A stretch of DNA of 64,000 bases from a virus. Both the position numbers and the translations under genes were made by a program. Below, one piece after another: positions 9,305-19,975 of this stretch. The stretch's first letter is position 1, and every line of letters starts with the position of its first letter. The notes under the pieces were generated by a model. That model was not told where the DNA came from, did not search any database, and worked only from the letters and a program-made list of their open reading frames with translations. Location of the stretch: positions 64,001-128,000 of IMG/VR virus record IMGVR_UViG_3300025141_000025; one strand, given 5' to 3'.

Positions 9305-10901
9305 TTATTGCCTCATAAAGCTTTAGTTTTCCAAAATGAAATAAAAAATCACCTAATCTTTTGTCATGTAAGGGTGACATGTTTATCCATATAATGCCTG
9401 TAAGCATTTCAATTTTTCTCATAGAAAAGTCATAAATTTTGCAAAAATCAACAAGCGCGCTTTTGACTTTTATTAATTTATGCGAACAAAGTAGATCTAC
9501 AGAAATATCATTCTTCTCGTTAATTTTATAGGTACATCCACCGTTTCTAACAATGTCGTGATTAAAGTGAAGATTATGATTTAATTTTGCCAAATCGTAA
9601 TAGACATCACCATTCATAATTTGTCCTGCAAAATCCTGTCGCCAGTCTATGAATGTAAATTTGTGACCATCATACACAATATTTTCTAGAATAAAATCAC
9701 CATGAAAAAGAGCCATGTTACCTTCTAAGATCCCTAAGTCACATGAATCAACTAATAAATCTTTGACAGTCTTGACAGTTTTTCCATTGATATTTTGAAC
9801 GCTGTCTTTATCATTTCTTTCATGGAAAAACTGTGCAACACGCTTCAGGGTTTTATCAACATAAAATTTCCTGCACAGATCCTTGGCAGTTTCTCTATCA
9901 CATGTGACTGACTTGCTCCACATGCTATTTTTAGCGTACTGTAGTAAATCTTCTAACATTTTGCTATCTAAATTATCGTAACGACATAAAATTTCACCTG
10001 GTGTAAAGTCATATTTCATGAAATTTGTGGTGTGCGCCGTAACGGCAGGGGTACACCCTGTCAATATTGTACCTCGTTCAACCCTGTTTTTTAGTATTTC
10101 TTCATTCGCAAAAAATTTGATAACACTGTCATTCATAAAAAATATTGATTCGTCATGCTTGTCTAGTACGTTAATATTCTTTCCTAAATGGCTTCTTGTT
10201 CTTTTTAGATCATCTAGGTTACCAACATCATACCAAACTTTTGCTTTGTATATTTCAAATGTCTTTTTATCTGTAAGCAACATTTCATTTATCACATGAC
10301 AATCCGACAAATCTGATGTGGGGGATTGTAGAATATTTTCCAAATTTTTCCAAAAAATATCCGCGTCTTTAATATAGCACTTACCAATATAAATTGGATC
10401 ATCGGCAAACGATTCACCTTTTTCTAGGATTGCCCTTACCATCTTTCCGGAATTTTGAACAGTCCTGTAATGCGAACGATTTCTTTTCTCATTAGAAACC
10501 CACAGTTTGTTAGCACTACTATTTTTTGGAATATCACCATCAGTGATGGTATCACATGCGTTGAATACAAATGAACCAGGTATTTCTTCTTTCGCACACA
10601 ACAAAGACATGCCTAGTGAAGATCCAGGACCTTGATAATTTTCTACTTCAACAAAACGAACATCTAGATCAGGATGAGCAATTTGAATATACTGCCTTAC
10701 ATGGTCACCAAAATGCCCCAATGTAATTACATACGATGTTCCTGCAGAGTAAGAATCAATAATATGACTGAGCACTGCCTTGTTGCCCACTCTTACCAAA
10801 GATTTATTGGTGTACTTGGTGGATTCCCCTAGGCGACTACCTAATCCACTGCAGGTAATAACAACTTTAGTCTTTTGAGTGACCAGACGATAATCTTCCA
10901 T
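9294..10901 (-). CDS. Fusion of nucleotidyltransferase and APH/choline-kinase-like phosphotransferase
   Basis: N-term CSGLGSRLG..TNKSL and WYDVGN; C-term FHGDFILENI, FIDWR, YYDLAKL. Confidence 0.75.
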   Translation of the reverse strand: MEDYRLVTQKTKVVITCSGLGSRLGESTKYTNKSLVRVGNKAVLSHIIDSYSAGTSYVITLGHFGDHVRQYIQIAHPDLDVRFVEVENYQGPGSSLGMSLLCAKEEIPGSFVFNACDTITDGDIPKNSSANKLWVSNEKRNRSHYRTVQNSGKMVRAILEKGESFADDPIYIGKCYIKDADIFWKNLENILQSPTSDLSDCHVINEMLLTDKKTFEIYKAKVWYDVGNLDDLKRTRSHLGKNINVLDKHDESIFFMNDSVIKFFANEEILKNRVERGTILTGCTPAVTAHTTNFMKYDFTPGEILCRYDNLDSKMLEDLLQYAKNSMWSKSVTCDRETAKDLCRKFYVDKTLKRVAQFFHERNDKDSVQNINGKTVKTVKDLLVDSCDLGILEGNMALFHGDFILENIVYDGHKFTFIDWRQDFAGQIMNGDVYYDLAKLNHNLHFNHDIVRNGGCTYKINEKNDISVDLLCSHKLIKVKSALVDFCKIYDFSMRKIEMLTGIIWINMSPLHDKRLGDFLFHFGKLKLYEAINEK

Positions 10902-11232
10902 AGCTGTCCTCTAATCTTACAATGTCATCCTCACCAAAATATGTGCCTGTTTGTACTTCAATAAAAATTAGGTCATCAGCTTCAGACGTGTTTTTTATTC
11001 TGTGTTTTTGTCCAATTTCTACAAAAACATAATCGCCGGCATCAATTTTTCTAATTTCATCATCAATTGTTACCTCGCCAGTGCCCTTAACAATAACCCA
11101 GTGCTCAGCACGTTTGTGATGATACTGGTAGCTCGGCTGCTGACCCGGTTTCACGGTTATTGTTTTTACTTTACAAAAATCTACATCGAGAATGTTTGTA
11201 TATGAGCCCCATGGCCTGTTTTCACCTTTCAT
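10867..11232 (-). CDS. Mannose-6-phosphate isomerase type II C-terminal cupin
   Basis: RPWGSY, SYQYHHKRAEHWVIV, IEVQTGTYFGEDDIVRLEDSYGR. Confidence 0.9.
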   Translation of the reverse strand: MKGENRPWGSYTNILDVDFCKVKTITVKPGQQPSYQYHHKRAEHWVIVKGTGEVTIDDEIRKIDAGDYVFVEIGQKHRIKNTSEADDLIFIEVQTGTYFGEDDIVRLEDSYGRLSSGHSKD

Positions 11233-11571
11233 TTAATTTCCCCTGTAAGCCGTAATAGAAGTAATTTTTTCTTGATCACCAAATTCAATAATGTCAACAA
11301 CAGGTATTTCATCATCATTTGCCACCACAACAATTTCAGCAAAAATTCTGTTATTCACCTGTGATAAAGACTTAACTCTTACATCTAAATTTTCAACACT
11401 TTCAAATATAGAAGCGTTAGCATCCAAAACATCATTTTTTCCGTGACATAAAAGATTCCAATCCTGTAGCCTGACTTCATCGGCAAAGAATGAAGCCAAC
11501 TTCTCAATATTTTTATTTGACCATGCAATAAAATAATTTTTGGCATGGTCGGTTAGATTTTTATATTTCAT
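11233..11571 (-). CDS. SnoaL/NTF2-like protein
   Basis: YFIAWSNKNIEKLASFFADEV...VVDIIEF...KITSITAY pattern. Confidence 0.7.
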   Translation of the reverse strand: MKYKNLTDHAKNYFIAWSNKNIEKLASFFADEVRLQDWNLLCHGKNDVLDANASIFESVENLDVRVKSLSQVNNRIFAEIVVVANDDEIPVVDIIEFGDQEKITSITAYRGN

Positions 11572-11942
11572 ATTTCGACCCCAACAACTCCGGAATTTCT
11601 TTCAAGACATATGGCTCTGGCAGTTCTGTTTTTCTTATCACTAAGATGATGTAGTTTCTTACCCGTCTTTAAATCGTTAATTACGATTCTTTCCCCATTA
11701 GGTAGTCCCATAACCATGTGATCCCAAAATATGCCTAGTTCTTTTAACTGCTGTTCTGTTTGTAATCGCTGTGATTCTCTGCGACCGGTTGTCAGGACAA
11801 TTGTAAAACCGCTAGCCTGCCATTCATTTAATTTATCGATAACACCCGGAAGTATCTGGGCTTGATACGTAAATTGTCCGGACAGGCCCCTACCGTGATG
11901 AAATAACAGTGTGCCGTCTATATCACAAAATATTGTTTTCAT
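11568..11942 (-). CDS. HAD-superfamily phosphatase (EcbF/BcbF-like)
   Basis: FCDIDGTL, LTTGR, VIND. Confidence 0.75.
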   Translation of the reverse strand: MKTIFCDIDGTLLFHHGRGLSGQFTYQAQILPGVIDKLNEWQASGFTIVLTTGRRESQRLQTEQQLKELGIFWDHMVMGLPNGERIVINDLKTGKKLHHLSDKKNRTARAICLERNSGVVGVEI

Positions 11943-12808
11943 TTATCCCTCATTTCACTGTATTTTCTATATTTCGTATTTGCTAAATTTCGCATTTCAT
12001 CAATTTTGCGAAACTCCATTGGATCATCTTTTTTAATTTTTACTAAATCGTAGTGATCACGTACTAACGGTGCTGGACCGGTCTTGGCTCCCTGCTTTCC
12101 TGCATCCCACAACCTGTTCGGACCAAAAAATTCCAAATTTCTTTCGCCTATTTTATCGGCAATCCAACCCCGGGTTAAGAAATGACTGTGAATATTCCAA
12201 TTTGGAAAGCGACTAATACCTGATATAAAATCAAACATATCACACAGGACATTCATGAACTTAGGACCACTAATAAAAAACAAATCATGGATTCCATGAT
12301 TACTCAATGGAGGAATTACATGTAATTTTTGTAAGTCTAATTTTTCAAATGCAATAGGCATGTTGTATGCTAAATCGAATCTGGTTAGCAAAATTACATC
12401 GTATTCAAAACCCTTAGAAGACTCATAGTCCTTTCTTAGTTTATTTGCTACTTTTGCGCTATACCACCTACTAAACAACGAGTGAAATCTTATATTTTGC
12501 ATTCCTAGGAATACACCGTTTTCTGTCTTTCCGGCATTCATGGGTAAATTTGGGTCACCTACAACATATTCAAAATCAAAATGTATCTGCTCTTCAAAAA
12601 GGTGTGCCTTTGGATTATATAATTCAACTAATTGGTCTTTACTTTCTTCAGACCAGGTATGCATAAAAACATCTATTTCATGGCTGCTGTTAGCTTCCGT
12701 AATATTCTTTACAAAATGATCATGTGACAACTTTAAATTTAAACACTCACCGGTTCCATACTTGTTGGTATTACCGGCAAGGCCATGCATCAATACGGCA
12801 ATTTTCAT
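11939..12808 (-). CDS. Putative glycosyltransferase-like protein
   Basis: MKIAVLMHG, DVFMHTW, YDVILLTRFDL pattern common in polysaccharide loci; gene context. Confidence 0.5.
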   Translation of the reverse strand: MKIAVLMHGLAGNTNKYGTGECLNLKLSHDHFVKNITEANSSHEIDVFMHTWSEESKDQLVELYNPKAHLFEEQIHFDFEYVVGDPNLPMNAGKTENGVFLGMQNIRFHSLFSRWYSAKVANKLRKDYESSKGFEYDVILLTRFDLAYNMPIAFEKLDLQKLHVIPPLSNHGIHDLFFISGPKFMNVLCDMFDFISGISRFPNWNIHSHFLTRGWIADKIGERNLEFFGPNRLWDAGKQGAKTGPAPLVRDHYDLVKIKKDDPMEFRKIDEMRNLANTKYRKYSEMRDK

Positions 12809-13530
12809 GATCCTACAAATCCCCTTTCACGAAGGTAAAGTGCCTCTGCTTGTTGAAATTTTGCATCTTCACTTTGAAATGTCTCAGGCTCCATTTTAAT
12901 GGTATAATGATAAGCAACTATTGGTTCAAAATGCCAATTACCAGCTGCCTGGTGTAAAATAGGAAGATAAATTGCTTGATCGCCTATTCTTTTAAAATAT
13001 TCGCCATCCTGGGCTTTGAAATTTTCATCCGGAACATTATTGATTAGTTTTTTCCGGAAAGTTTTTAAGTGTGAACTTACCCATGGGTGGGAATAAACAT
13101 TGGCATCTTTGGGTAAAGGTCCTGATATATTTTGATTTGTAAATGACCACCTATGTGCTGTCCACAATGCATCAACCCCCAATGTGTCATATCTATGATT
13201 AATAATAGATAATGCATCACAGTCACATAACCAATCATCACCATCCAAACGACAGACTATGTCATCATCATGACAATGCTCGAGAAGTTCTAGAATATTT
13301 CTGACTTCCCATTTCTTTGTTGTGTTTGTTTCAATAAATAATTTTTCATCCGGTATTGACAGGTACTCTTTTACGCCTGCCACAACATCAACAGTCGCAT
13401 CAGTTGACATATCATCACGAATCAATATCTTCCAATTATCATGTGTCTGAGACCAAACTGATAAAATTGTCCTAGCGATCGTGTCCTTTGCGTTATACGC
13501 CGGCATGATAAAAACGAATCTGTTGCTCAT
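12805..13530 (-). CDS. GT2-family glycosyltransferase
   Basis: IMPAYNA, IRDDMSTD, RLDGDDWL. Confidence 0.85.
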   Translation of the reverse strand: MSNRFVFIMPAYNAKDTIARTILSVWSQTHDNWKILIRDDMSTDATVDVVAGVKEYLSIPDEKLFIETNTTKKWEVRNILELLEHCHDDDIVCRLDGDDWLCDCDALSIINHRYDTLGVDALWTAHRWSFTNQNISGPLPKDANVYSHPWVSSHLKTFRKKLINNVPDENFKAQDGEYFKRIGDQAIYLPILHQAAGNWHFEPIVAYHYTIKMEPETFQSEDAKFQQAEALYLRERGFVGS

Positions 13531-15419
13531 GATATCCTGATGCTAGGTGTCGGATTGTTAAAGTCAACTTTACTGTGAAAAACATGACCACCTGTTTTTT
13601 GCTTAAGCATTTCAGCCATTTCGGTAATTTCTTTTTCTGAAACCTCTGACCATGGTTTATCAAAAAACATATTGTTTTCAGCGGTATCTTCCTGCTTGAT
13701 ATTGTACAAGCTTTCCCAGTGCTTTTGCCAATAATTTTTGTATGTCTTTATTTTTCTGTTAATATCCATCCATGAATAATGTTTTACCGCAGGTAAAAGA
13801 TTTACACAATTTTGCAACCATTGTTCATAAACATGTAAAGCATTTTTATCACCTGTCAATGCCAATGCCCGGGCTTTGTGTGCCTCTTCATTATAGAATG
13901 ATGCATGGGGAATTCTATGACCGGTATCTACATGAACATAATCACACCCATCGGAACCTGGTGCTGAATAAAGGTCACCATTTTCATCATAAAGTCGTAA
14001 CTCAGCCGGAATGCCATGGGTAATATGAGGCATGTTTTTGCTTAATCTCCACTTCCATGGATTTACATCGACCCTTACCTTGTCTTCACTTCCCCAGAAT
14101 TCCACAACTGGAAATGAAACCAAATCTACTGTGGCCGGCCACGACCTATAAAAAGAAACAATTTTTTCCCTCATACCTGGGCATGCAACTTCATCAGCAT
14201 CCTGCTGCCAACAAAGATCTTTGGTACACAATTTTCTGGCCGCTGCTTTTTGTGCTCCGTCAAAAACAGCAAACCTATTATGGTTCCAATCACGGGCAAC
14301 CTTTTGAATTACCAACTTTTCTTCTCGTTCAGCCCAATTTTCTAGATTTTCAAGGGTGCCGTCCGTTGATCCACCATCAACAACAACAACCTCATCGCAG
14401 AAATCCAACATAGAATTAATACACGACTCATAATCATATTCCTGATCATGACAATTAAGTGTCGTTGTATATCCGGATATTGTTGGTTCATGATTGGCAT
14501 CTTGCATAATTTGCCTCCAGAATAAATCACGTGACCCATAAAGATATTGTTCAATTTCTAAAAGGTCATCGGTTGAAAACCATTCTTCATTTTTGTGTTG
14601 CACGTAATCATTAAGCACTAAATCACAACCCAGAAGCTTGGCCTCAATTACCATCCTAGGACATGTATCATTTCCTTCAGGCAAATAAACAAAACCCTCA
14701 GCTGTACTGAGTTTTTCTAGTACTTCTAGGTAGGGTATACCCCAAACAACTTCGTAATTTAATTCGTTATCTTCACAATATTGCTCTGCCTTTGAAGCCC
14801 CCTTGATCCAACTATTGGATCCTAGGACTATCCAGCCCTTTCTTTCTTTACCTTCGGCCATGGCTCTTAGGTTTTTAACATGCATAAAAAAGCTGTCATC
14901 AAAAACTGATGAAAGCACTGTATTATTCTTTTCGGCCAAGAAAGAAAATTTTTCTATGTAATGCTCGAGCTGCCCTTCACTCATCCAAAAAAGTGATGTA
15001 GCACCATAATAAAAAGCAGAAATCATTTTACCATGTTGAGTATTTTCACATTGACATGCTTCTTGTTCCGCCAATTCATGCTTTTCAGTGGATCTATACT
15101 TGCAATATTTGTAATCATACTCTAGAACTGAGTATTTCATATTTGCAACAATCGATGGAATTAATTGCTGATGCATTGAAGCAAAGTTTCCAAAAATCCA
15201 ATATCGATCATGGCCTTGCTCTAATAGGTCTAAATTTAAATCCTTAGCCAGGATTTTTTGAAATGGAACCGGACACTTTGATATAAGTGCCTCTGTCGTA
15301 AGTTCAGCTCCACCAACATATTGATCTACAAACATGTCTGAGACAAAGATTATTTGTGCATCATCTCTTATGGAAACTAATCCCATATTTGAAGATTCAA
15401 AAGGACTGTTCAGGTTCAT
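13527..15419 (-). CDS. Two-domain glycosyltransferase (GT4-like plus GT2)
   Basis: GGAELT and DTCPRMVIEAKLLG in the N-half; DEVVVVDGGSTDGT and QQDADE in the C-half. Confidence 0.75.
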   Translation of the reverse strand: MNLNSPFESSNMGLVSIRDDAQIIFVSDMFVDQYVGGAELTTEALISKCPVPFQKILAKDLNLDLLEQGHDRYWIFGNFASMHQQLIPSIVANMKYSVLEYDYKYCKYRSTEKHELAEQEACQCENTQHGKMISAFYYGATSLFWMSEGQLEHYIEKFSFLAEKNNTVLSSVFDDSFFMHVKNLRAMAEGKERKGWIVLGSNSWIKGASKAEQYCEDNELNYEVVWGIPYLEVLEKLSTAEGFVYLPEGNDTCPRMVIEAKLLGCDLVLNDYVQHKNEEWFSTDDLLEIEQYLYGSRDLFWRQIMQDANHEPTISGYTTTLNCHDQEYDYESCINSMLDFCDEVVVVDGGSTDGTLENLENWAEREEKLVIQKVARDWNHNRFAVFDGAQKAAARKLCTKDLCWQQDADEVACPGMREKIVSFYRSWPATVDLVSFPVVEFWGSEDKVRVDVNPWKWRLSKNMPHITHGIPAELRLYDENGDLYSAPGSDGCDYVHVDTGHRIPHASFYNEEAHKARALALTGDKNALHVYEQWLQNCVNLLPAVKHYSWMDINRKIKTYKNYWQKHWESLYNIKQEDTAENNMFFDKPWSEVSEKEITEMAEMLKQKTGGHVFHSKVDFNNPTPSIRIS

Positions 15420-15606
15420 ACTATATCTCCATTATCTGCTCTAGAGATAATAGAAACATTAAAGAAGAAGTTTATAAAAATGATTTAAATTTAATGATAT
15501 ATCAGATAATCTGTAGAACTGAATCTGAATTAAAGATATACTCTATTTTTGGTATGTTCAAAAAAAAATGAAAAAACTTGTGTTTTGAACAAAAAGAGGC
15601 GAGATA

Positions 15607-17799
15607 TTATGATTCTAAATCAGATATTTTCTGCTTCAGTTGTTGTACTTCTGAGTTCAGTTCTTTGACAGCTTCAATCAGCACTGCGGTTAGCTTAGAA
15701 TAATCAACCGATAACATGCCATTGTGATTTTCCACCACCACTTCAGGTATTAAAGGTTGAATATCCTGAGCGATCACACCAATATGCCTAGGACCACCAT
15801 AAGTTTCGCGATATTCAAAGCTAACGCCTTGGCACTGGGTTATTTTTTCCAAACTGTCTTCAAGTGGCTCTATATTCTTTTTAAGATTCCAGTCGGATGA
15901 GTCATAAAATAACTTACCTGTCATGTCGATCTTTATCGCAGCACCACTTCCAGTACCACCCATTCCGGGATTGTATAAAGATCCGGAGGTAACAGTATCA
16001 CCGCCAAATACAGTCACGCCTTCAACAGACCCATTTTTTGCCCCTGTGGAACCAGAAACTGAAAGGAATATGTCATTTCCGCTTGGTCCGGTGGTCTGTG
16101 CATATGCGCTTATATGTACAACGCTTGCCCACAAGCGTGCCTGACCCTGGCCCTCTGCACCTCCAAAAAGACTTAATGTATTTGCGCCGCTATCACCCCA
16201 CCAATTACCAGCTCCAATCAATGAACCAGATATGACTGTATCACCACCTAGGCATGTGTACCTGTTGTCAATACTGTCACCAGCCAGTGGGTTAATTGTT
16301 CCGGAAATGTGAAATTTACAATCACTTCCTACAAATTCTTCCTGTCCATCATCACCATATGATGCAATTTTTATCTGGCCCTCATCACCATCAATAACAA
16401 AAAGGGCACCGTTATCTTTACCGTTAACAACAAAGTCCTGCGTAGAACCATCAGCTGACTCGGTTGGCGCGCCGCCAATAACCAACCCTCCGCTAACGAC
16501 CATGTCGCCACCAAAGACTGCAACACCTCCGGAATCTTTTCCGCCAGTTGTTCCTGATACGTGAAAGAATGTATCCTCACCTATGGAGATGTCTTGACCC
16601 TCATCTGTCGAGCCAATTATAACCCTGTCATTAGCACCGTCAACTTTGAATGCTGCAGTTATATTTTTAGTGTTGACAATAAAGTCTTCTTCGCTGCCAT
16701 CTTCCACGTCGGAAGGTGCGAATCCAACTGTCATACCCCCACTAACGAAAAGATCATTTTCAATCAAAGCTGATCCAGAGATGGCCAATTTATGTGTGCC
16801 TGGCACGTAGTTGGGGCCGACTGAAAAATTGCCGTTTTGATCCATTTGCATTCTAACGGCCGAAGCATACCTGAAAGTCATATTTGTGCCGGCAGCGGTG
16901 TTGAGATCAGTTTGTCCAGTGCTTCGGTGCGCAATACAATAAGCTGTGGTGGTGGCTTTATCCTGGTGGGCAAAAGCTGCAAAATCAGAGCTGCCGACAT
17001 AACCAATGTGTGCACGTCCTATTTGTGCCGCCCCTCTTTCATCATCTAAAACAAACATATTTGCTGGGCCAGAATCACCATGACCAGAACTGGAAACGAT
17101 ATGTAATGCGCCAGAAACGACAACATCACCACCAAATGCTGCTACACCATCATGACCTTTTCGACCGATAGAACCTGATACACTAAAGAATATATCATCA
17201 CCTGTAGGCCCACCAGGACTGGAAAAATTTGTAACCGCGTGATAACCGGCCATGCTCATTATTCTGCCAGTGGCATTATTTCCACCAAACAGGTTCAATG
17301 TTGCATGCCCGCCTACCGCAGATGGCATACCAGACACACCAACAATTGCACCGGATACATATGTGTCGCCCTCAAATAGCGTAACCTTCTGTCCGGACAG
17401 AGGCATTGTGGTATTGAGTGGATGCTTTGTACCAGAGACGTATAAAAACACATCCCCAATATCATGCTCAGTACTACCGGAGGTTATTTGTACAGAGTTG
17501 TCGCTGGTGCTTGGTACAATATATGATGCCGACAACGCATTTGTGGCGTGAATATTGGTTGCAAAAACGCAATTAGATGCTTCTATAAACATCAATCCTG
17601 AATCGCCACCAAAATCTCCACCATCGTTGTATTGTATTTGTGTATTACTACCGCCGGGAGACCCGGAACCACCTGCTGCTGTAATGGTTACAGCACCAGA
17701 CGAACCGGTAGCAAGAGTTATATTTGATCCGGCAACCAAAAACGCGTTCCCGTCGGAAAGCGTTGTAAGAGATCCGGATATAGGTCCTATAAGTGCCAT
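15607..17799 (-). CDS. Tail fibre/spike with C-terminal intramolecular chaperone (peptidase S74-type)
   Basis: Gly/Ser-rich repeats; C-term SDWNLKKNI...IGVIAQDIQPLIPEVV...LSVDYSKLTAVLIEAVKEL plus coiled coil. Confidence 0.85.
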   Translation of the reverse strand: MALIGPISGSLTTLSDGNAFLVAGSNITLATGSSGAVTITAAGGSGSPGGSNTQIQYNDGGDFGGDSGLMFIEASNCVFATNIHATNALSASYIVPSTSDNSVQITSGSTEHDIGDVFLYVSGTKHPLNTTMPLSGQKVTLFEGDTYVSGAIVGVSGMPSAVGGHATLNLFGGNNATGRIMSMAGYHAVTNFSSPGGPTGDDIFFSVSGSIGRKGHDGVAAFGGDVVVSGALHIVSSSGHGDSGPANMFVLDDERGAAQIGRAHIGYVGSSDFAAFAHQDKATTTAYCIAHRSTGQTDLNTAAGTNMTFRYASAVRMQMDQNGNFSVGPNYVPGTHKLAISGSALIENDLFVSGGMTVGFAPSDVEDGSEEDFIVNTKNITAAFKVDGANDRVIIGSTDEGQDISIGEDTFFHVSGTTGGKDSGGVAVFGGDMVVSGGLVIGGAPTESADGSTQDFVVNGKDNGALFVIDGDEGQIKIASYGDDGQEEFVGSDCKFHISGTINPLAGDSIDNRYTCLGGDTVISGSLIGAGNWWGDSGANTLSLFGGAEGQGQARLWASVVHISAYAQTTGPSGNDIFLSVSGSTGAKNGSVEGVTVFGGDTVTSGSLYNPGMGGTGSGAAIKIDMTGKLFYDSSDWNLKKNIEPLEDSLEKITQCQGVSFEYRETYGGPRHIGVIAQDIQPLIPEVVVENHNGMLSVDYSKLTAVLIEAVKELNSEVQQLKQKISDLES

Positions 17800-17819
17800 A
17801 TGTCCTCTAGAGTGTCAGT

Positions 17820-19955
17820 TTAATCAGTAACCTCTTCCATAAGTATCCGATAAACCTTACCCGTCGCATTGTTTCTAAGGCTTAGGTATGATGGTTCCTC
17901 GATCATGGTCCAGTTACCTCTTTCATTCTGTAAGTGGAGGTCACCTGTATAAATGTTTGCCCAACGCTTAGATGCAGAACCTAGATTCCGAGTAGCGTCT
18001 CCATCAGGAAGCACATCGCCCCCGCCAGGTTTCAAGGTGATATCCCCAGACTCTGAAACCAGTGTGAGACCTGATGAACCTGAGATAAACGTCTCCGATG
18101 AGGCAACCGATATTGCGCTACCTGTAACCACCATGGTCCCATGGCCTGCACTTAGCATCACCCCGGTCGACCCAGAAACTGTTAGCATGCCATTTGTTGT
18201 TATATTACTAGTACCCACAGCATCAACCGAGAAAGAACTTCCGCCATCAATAGTTATTGCGCCGGAGGCATCGATATCTAGGGTTGAAGAATCAATGTCG
18301 ATAGCAACATCAGCCGCTGTACCAATATTAATTCCACTAGCACCATCGATAGAGGTAGTTCCCGCCGCATCAACGTCTATACCGCCACCGGAAGATGTAA
18401 TCGCGATTGCTCCTGATGCATCAACATCCACCTGTGTTCCGGAAGCAACTAGTGTTCCTCCAGTGGAGTGGATGCTTATACCGGTTGAACCAGAAAGGGT
18501 CAAAGCACCGTTTGTAGTAATATTAGAAGCACCCACTGCATCAATTGAAAAGGTTGAAGTGCCATCAATAGTGATCGCACCTGAAGAATCGATATCAAGT
18601 GCAGCTGTATCAATATCGAATGCAACATCCGCTGCTTTACCAATATTGATGCCGCCGGCACCATCGATATCCACGGTTGATGATGCATCAATGTTTACTG
18701 CTGTTCCTGAAGCAACAAGAGTTCCTCCAGTGGAGTGAATGTTGACACCACTCGATCCGGACAGTGTCAAAGCACCTTTTGTGGTGACGTTTGAAGCACC
18801 GACTGCATCCACTGAGAATGTGCTGGTACCATCAATTGTAATAGCACCTGAGGCATCAATATCTAATGCAGCGGAATCTATATCTATAGCGACGTCAGCC
18901 GCTGTTCCAATATTGATTCCACTAGCACCATCAATAGAAGTAGCTCCTGATGCATCAACATCCACCGCAGAACCTGATAAAACAATGTTTCCGTCCGTGG
19001 TATGTACCTTGACACCGACAGAGCCTGATAATGTCAATTCACCGTTTGTTGTCACATTAGACGCACCAACACCGTCAATTGAAAATGTTGATGTTGTATC
19101 AAGTGTAAACGTAGTAGAATCTACATCAAGAGCCGGCGCACCATTAAGATCTCCGGTAAACATTGATCCTGCGTAAAGCGCTCCAGACACACATGTGTCA
19201 CCACCAAAAACCGCTGTACCGGTAGAATCGCTGTATCCTTTCGAGCCGATCGCACCCGATACATAGAAGTTCATGTCTGTGGCGTTAGACGGATCGACGC
19301 TGGTTGCTGCACCACCAGAAAGAATCAAGACCAGATCGTCCGATCCTTCCACGAAAATTGCATGCGTTTTATTATTAGATTCAACTCGGAAATCAACACT
19401 AGCACCTTGTTCATTAAACACGGCACCACCAGATGAGCTTAAGAAAATATCCGCATCACCCGGTGTTGCAGAAGTTGTACCTATGTTCAAAGAACCTGTA
19501 GTTGCAATAAACGTATTTGCTGGTCCGGACCAACCCACAGCATCAGCACTTCCCCCGCCGCCGGCGGCTACAAACGTAACCTGACCGTTGGAAGCCGATG
19601 TTATTGTCATGTTGGTACCAGCAACAAGATATGAAAGTCCGTCCGTTGTTTGGTGGATGGAACCAGAAATACTACCGCCATTCACATCATAGTTTTCAAC
19701 TACCAACGCGCCTGAAATATAAGTGTCTCCACCAAATACAGAAACACCAATTCCTGTACCGGAGTCAGGACCCGAATCCCCTCGTCCTCCAATTGCACCG
19801 GACACAAAGAGAACCGCATCGGGGGCTACTTCGCTTGCATCAGGTAAGTGTTGATTACTAGCTACAGAAGGCGGTCGCCCCACAATAACTGTACCTGTCA
19901 TATAAATTTGGAAGTCTGTGTCTGCTGAACCAGATATGTTTCCAATTAAAGCCAT
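17820..19955 (-). CDS. Fibre-like virion protein with internal beta-type repeats
   Basis: Repetitive G/S/T/D-rich body; C-term NLGSASKRWANIYTGDLHLQNERGNWT..EE shared with the next gene. Confidence 0.7.
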   Translation of the reverse strand: MALIGNISGSADTDFQIYMTGTVIVGRPPSVASNQHLPDASEVAPDAVLFVSGAIGGRGDSGPDSGTGIGVSVFGGDTYISGALVVENYDVNGGSISGSIHQTTDGLSYLVAGTNMTITSASNGQVTFVAAGGGGSADAVGWSGPANTFIATTGSLNIGTTSATPGDADIFLSSSGGAVFNEQGASVDFRVESNNKTHAIFVEGSDDLVLILSGGAATSVDPSNATDMNFYVSGAIGSKGYSDSTGTAVFGGDTCVSGALYAGSMFTGDLNGAPALDVDSTTFTLDTTSTFSIDGVGASNVTTNGELTLSGSVGVKVHTTDGNIVLSGSAVDVDASGATSIDGASGINIGTAADVAIDIDSAALDIDASGAITIDGTSTFSVDAVGASNVTTKGALTLSGSSGVNIHSTGGTLVASGTAVNIDASSTVDIDGAGGINIGKAADVAFDIDTAALDIDSSGAITIDGTSTFSIDAVGASNITTNGALTLSGSTGISIHSTGGTLVASGTQVDVDASGAIAITSSGGGIDVDAAGTTSIDGASGINIGTAADVAIDIDSSTLDIDASGAITIDGGSSFSVDAVGTSNITTNGMLTVSGSTGVMLSAGHGTMVVTGSAISVASSETFISGSSGLTLVSESGDITLKPGGGDVLPDGDATRNLGSASKRWANIYTGDLHLQNERGNWTMIEEPSYLSLRNNATGKVYRILMEEVTD

Positions 19956-19975
19956 TTTTTACTCTCCTTGATTAT

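Noticed and set aside
1-15419. Ordinary bacterial LPS/O-antigen locus
   Set aside because: No flippase, polymerase or transporter genes, and it is contiguous and co-oriented with fibre and other phage-type genes. A cellular origin is not formally excluded without the rest of the contig.
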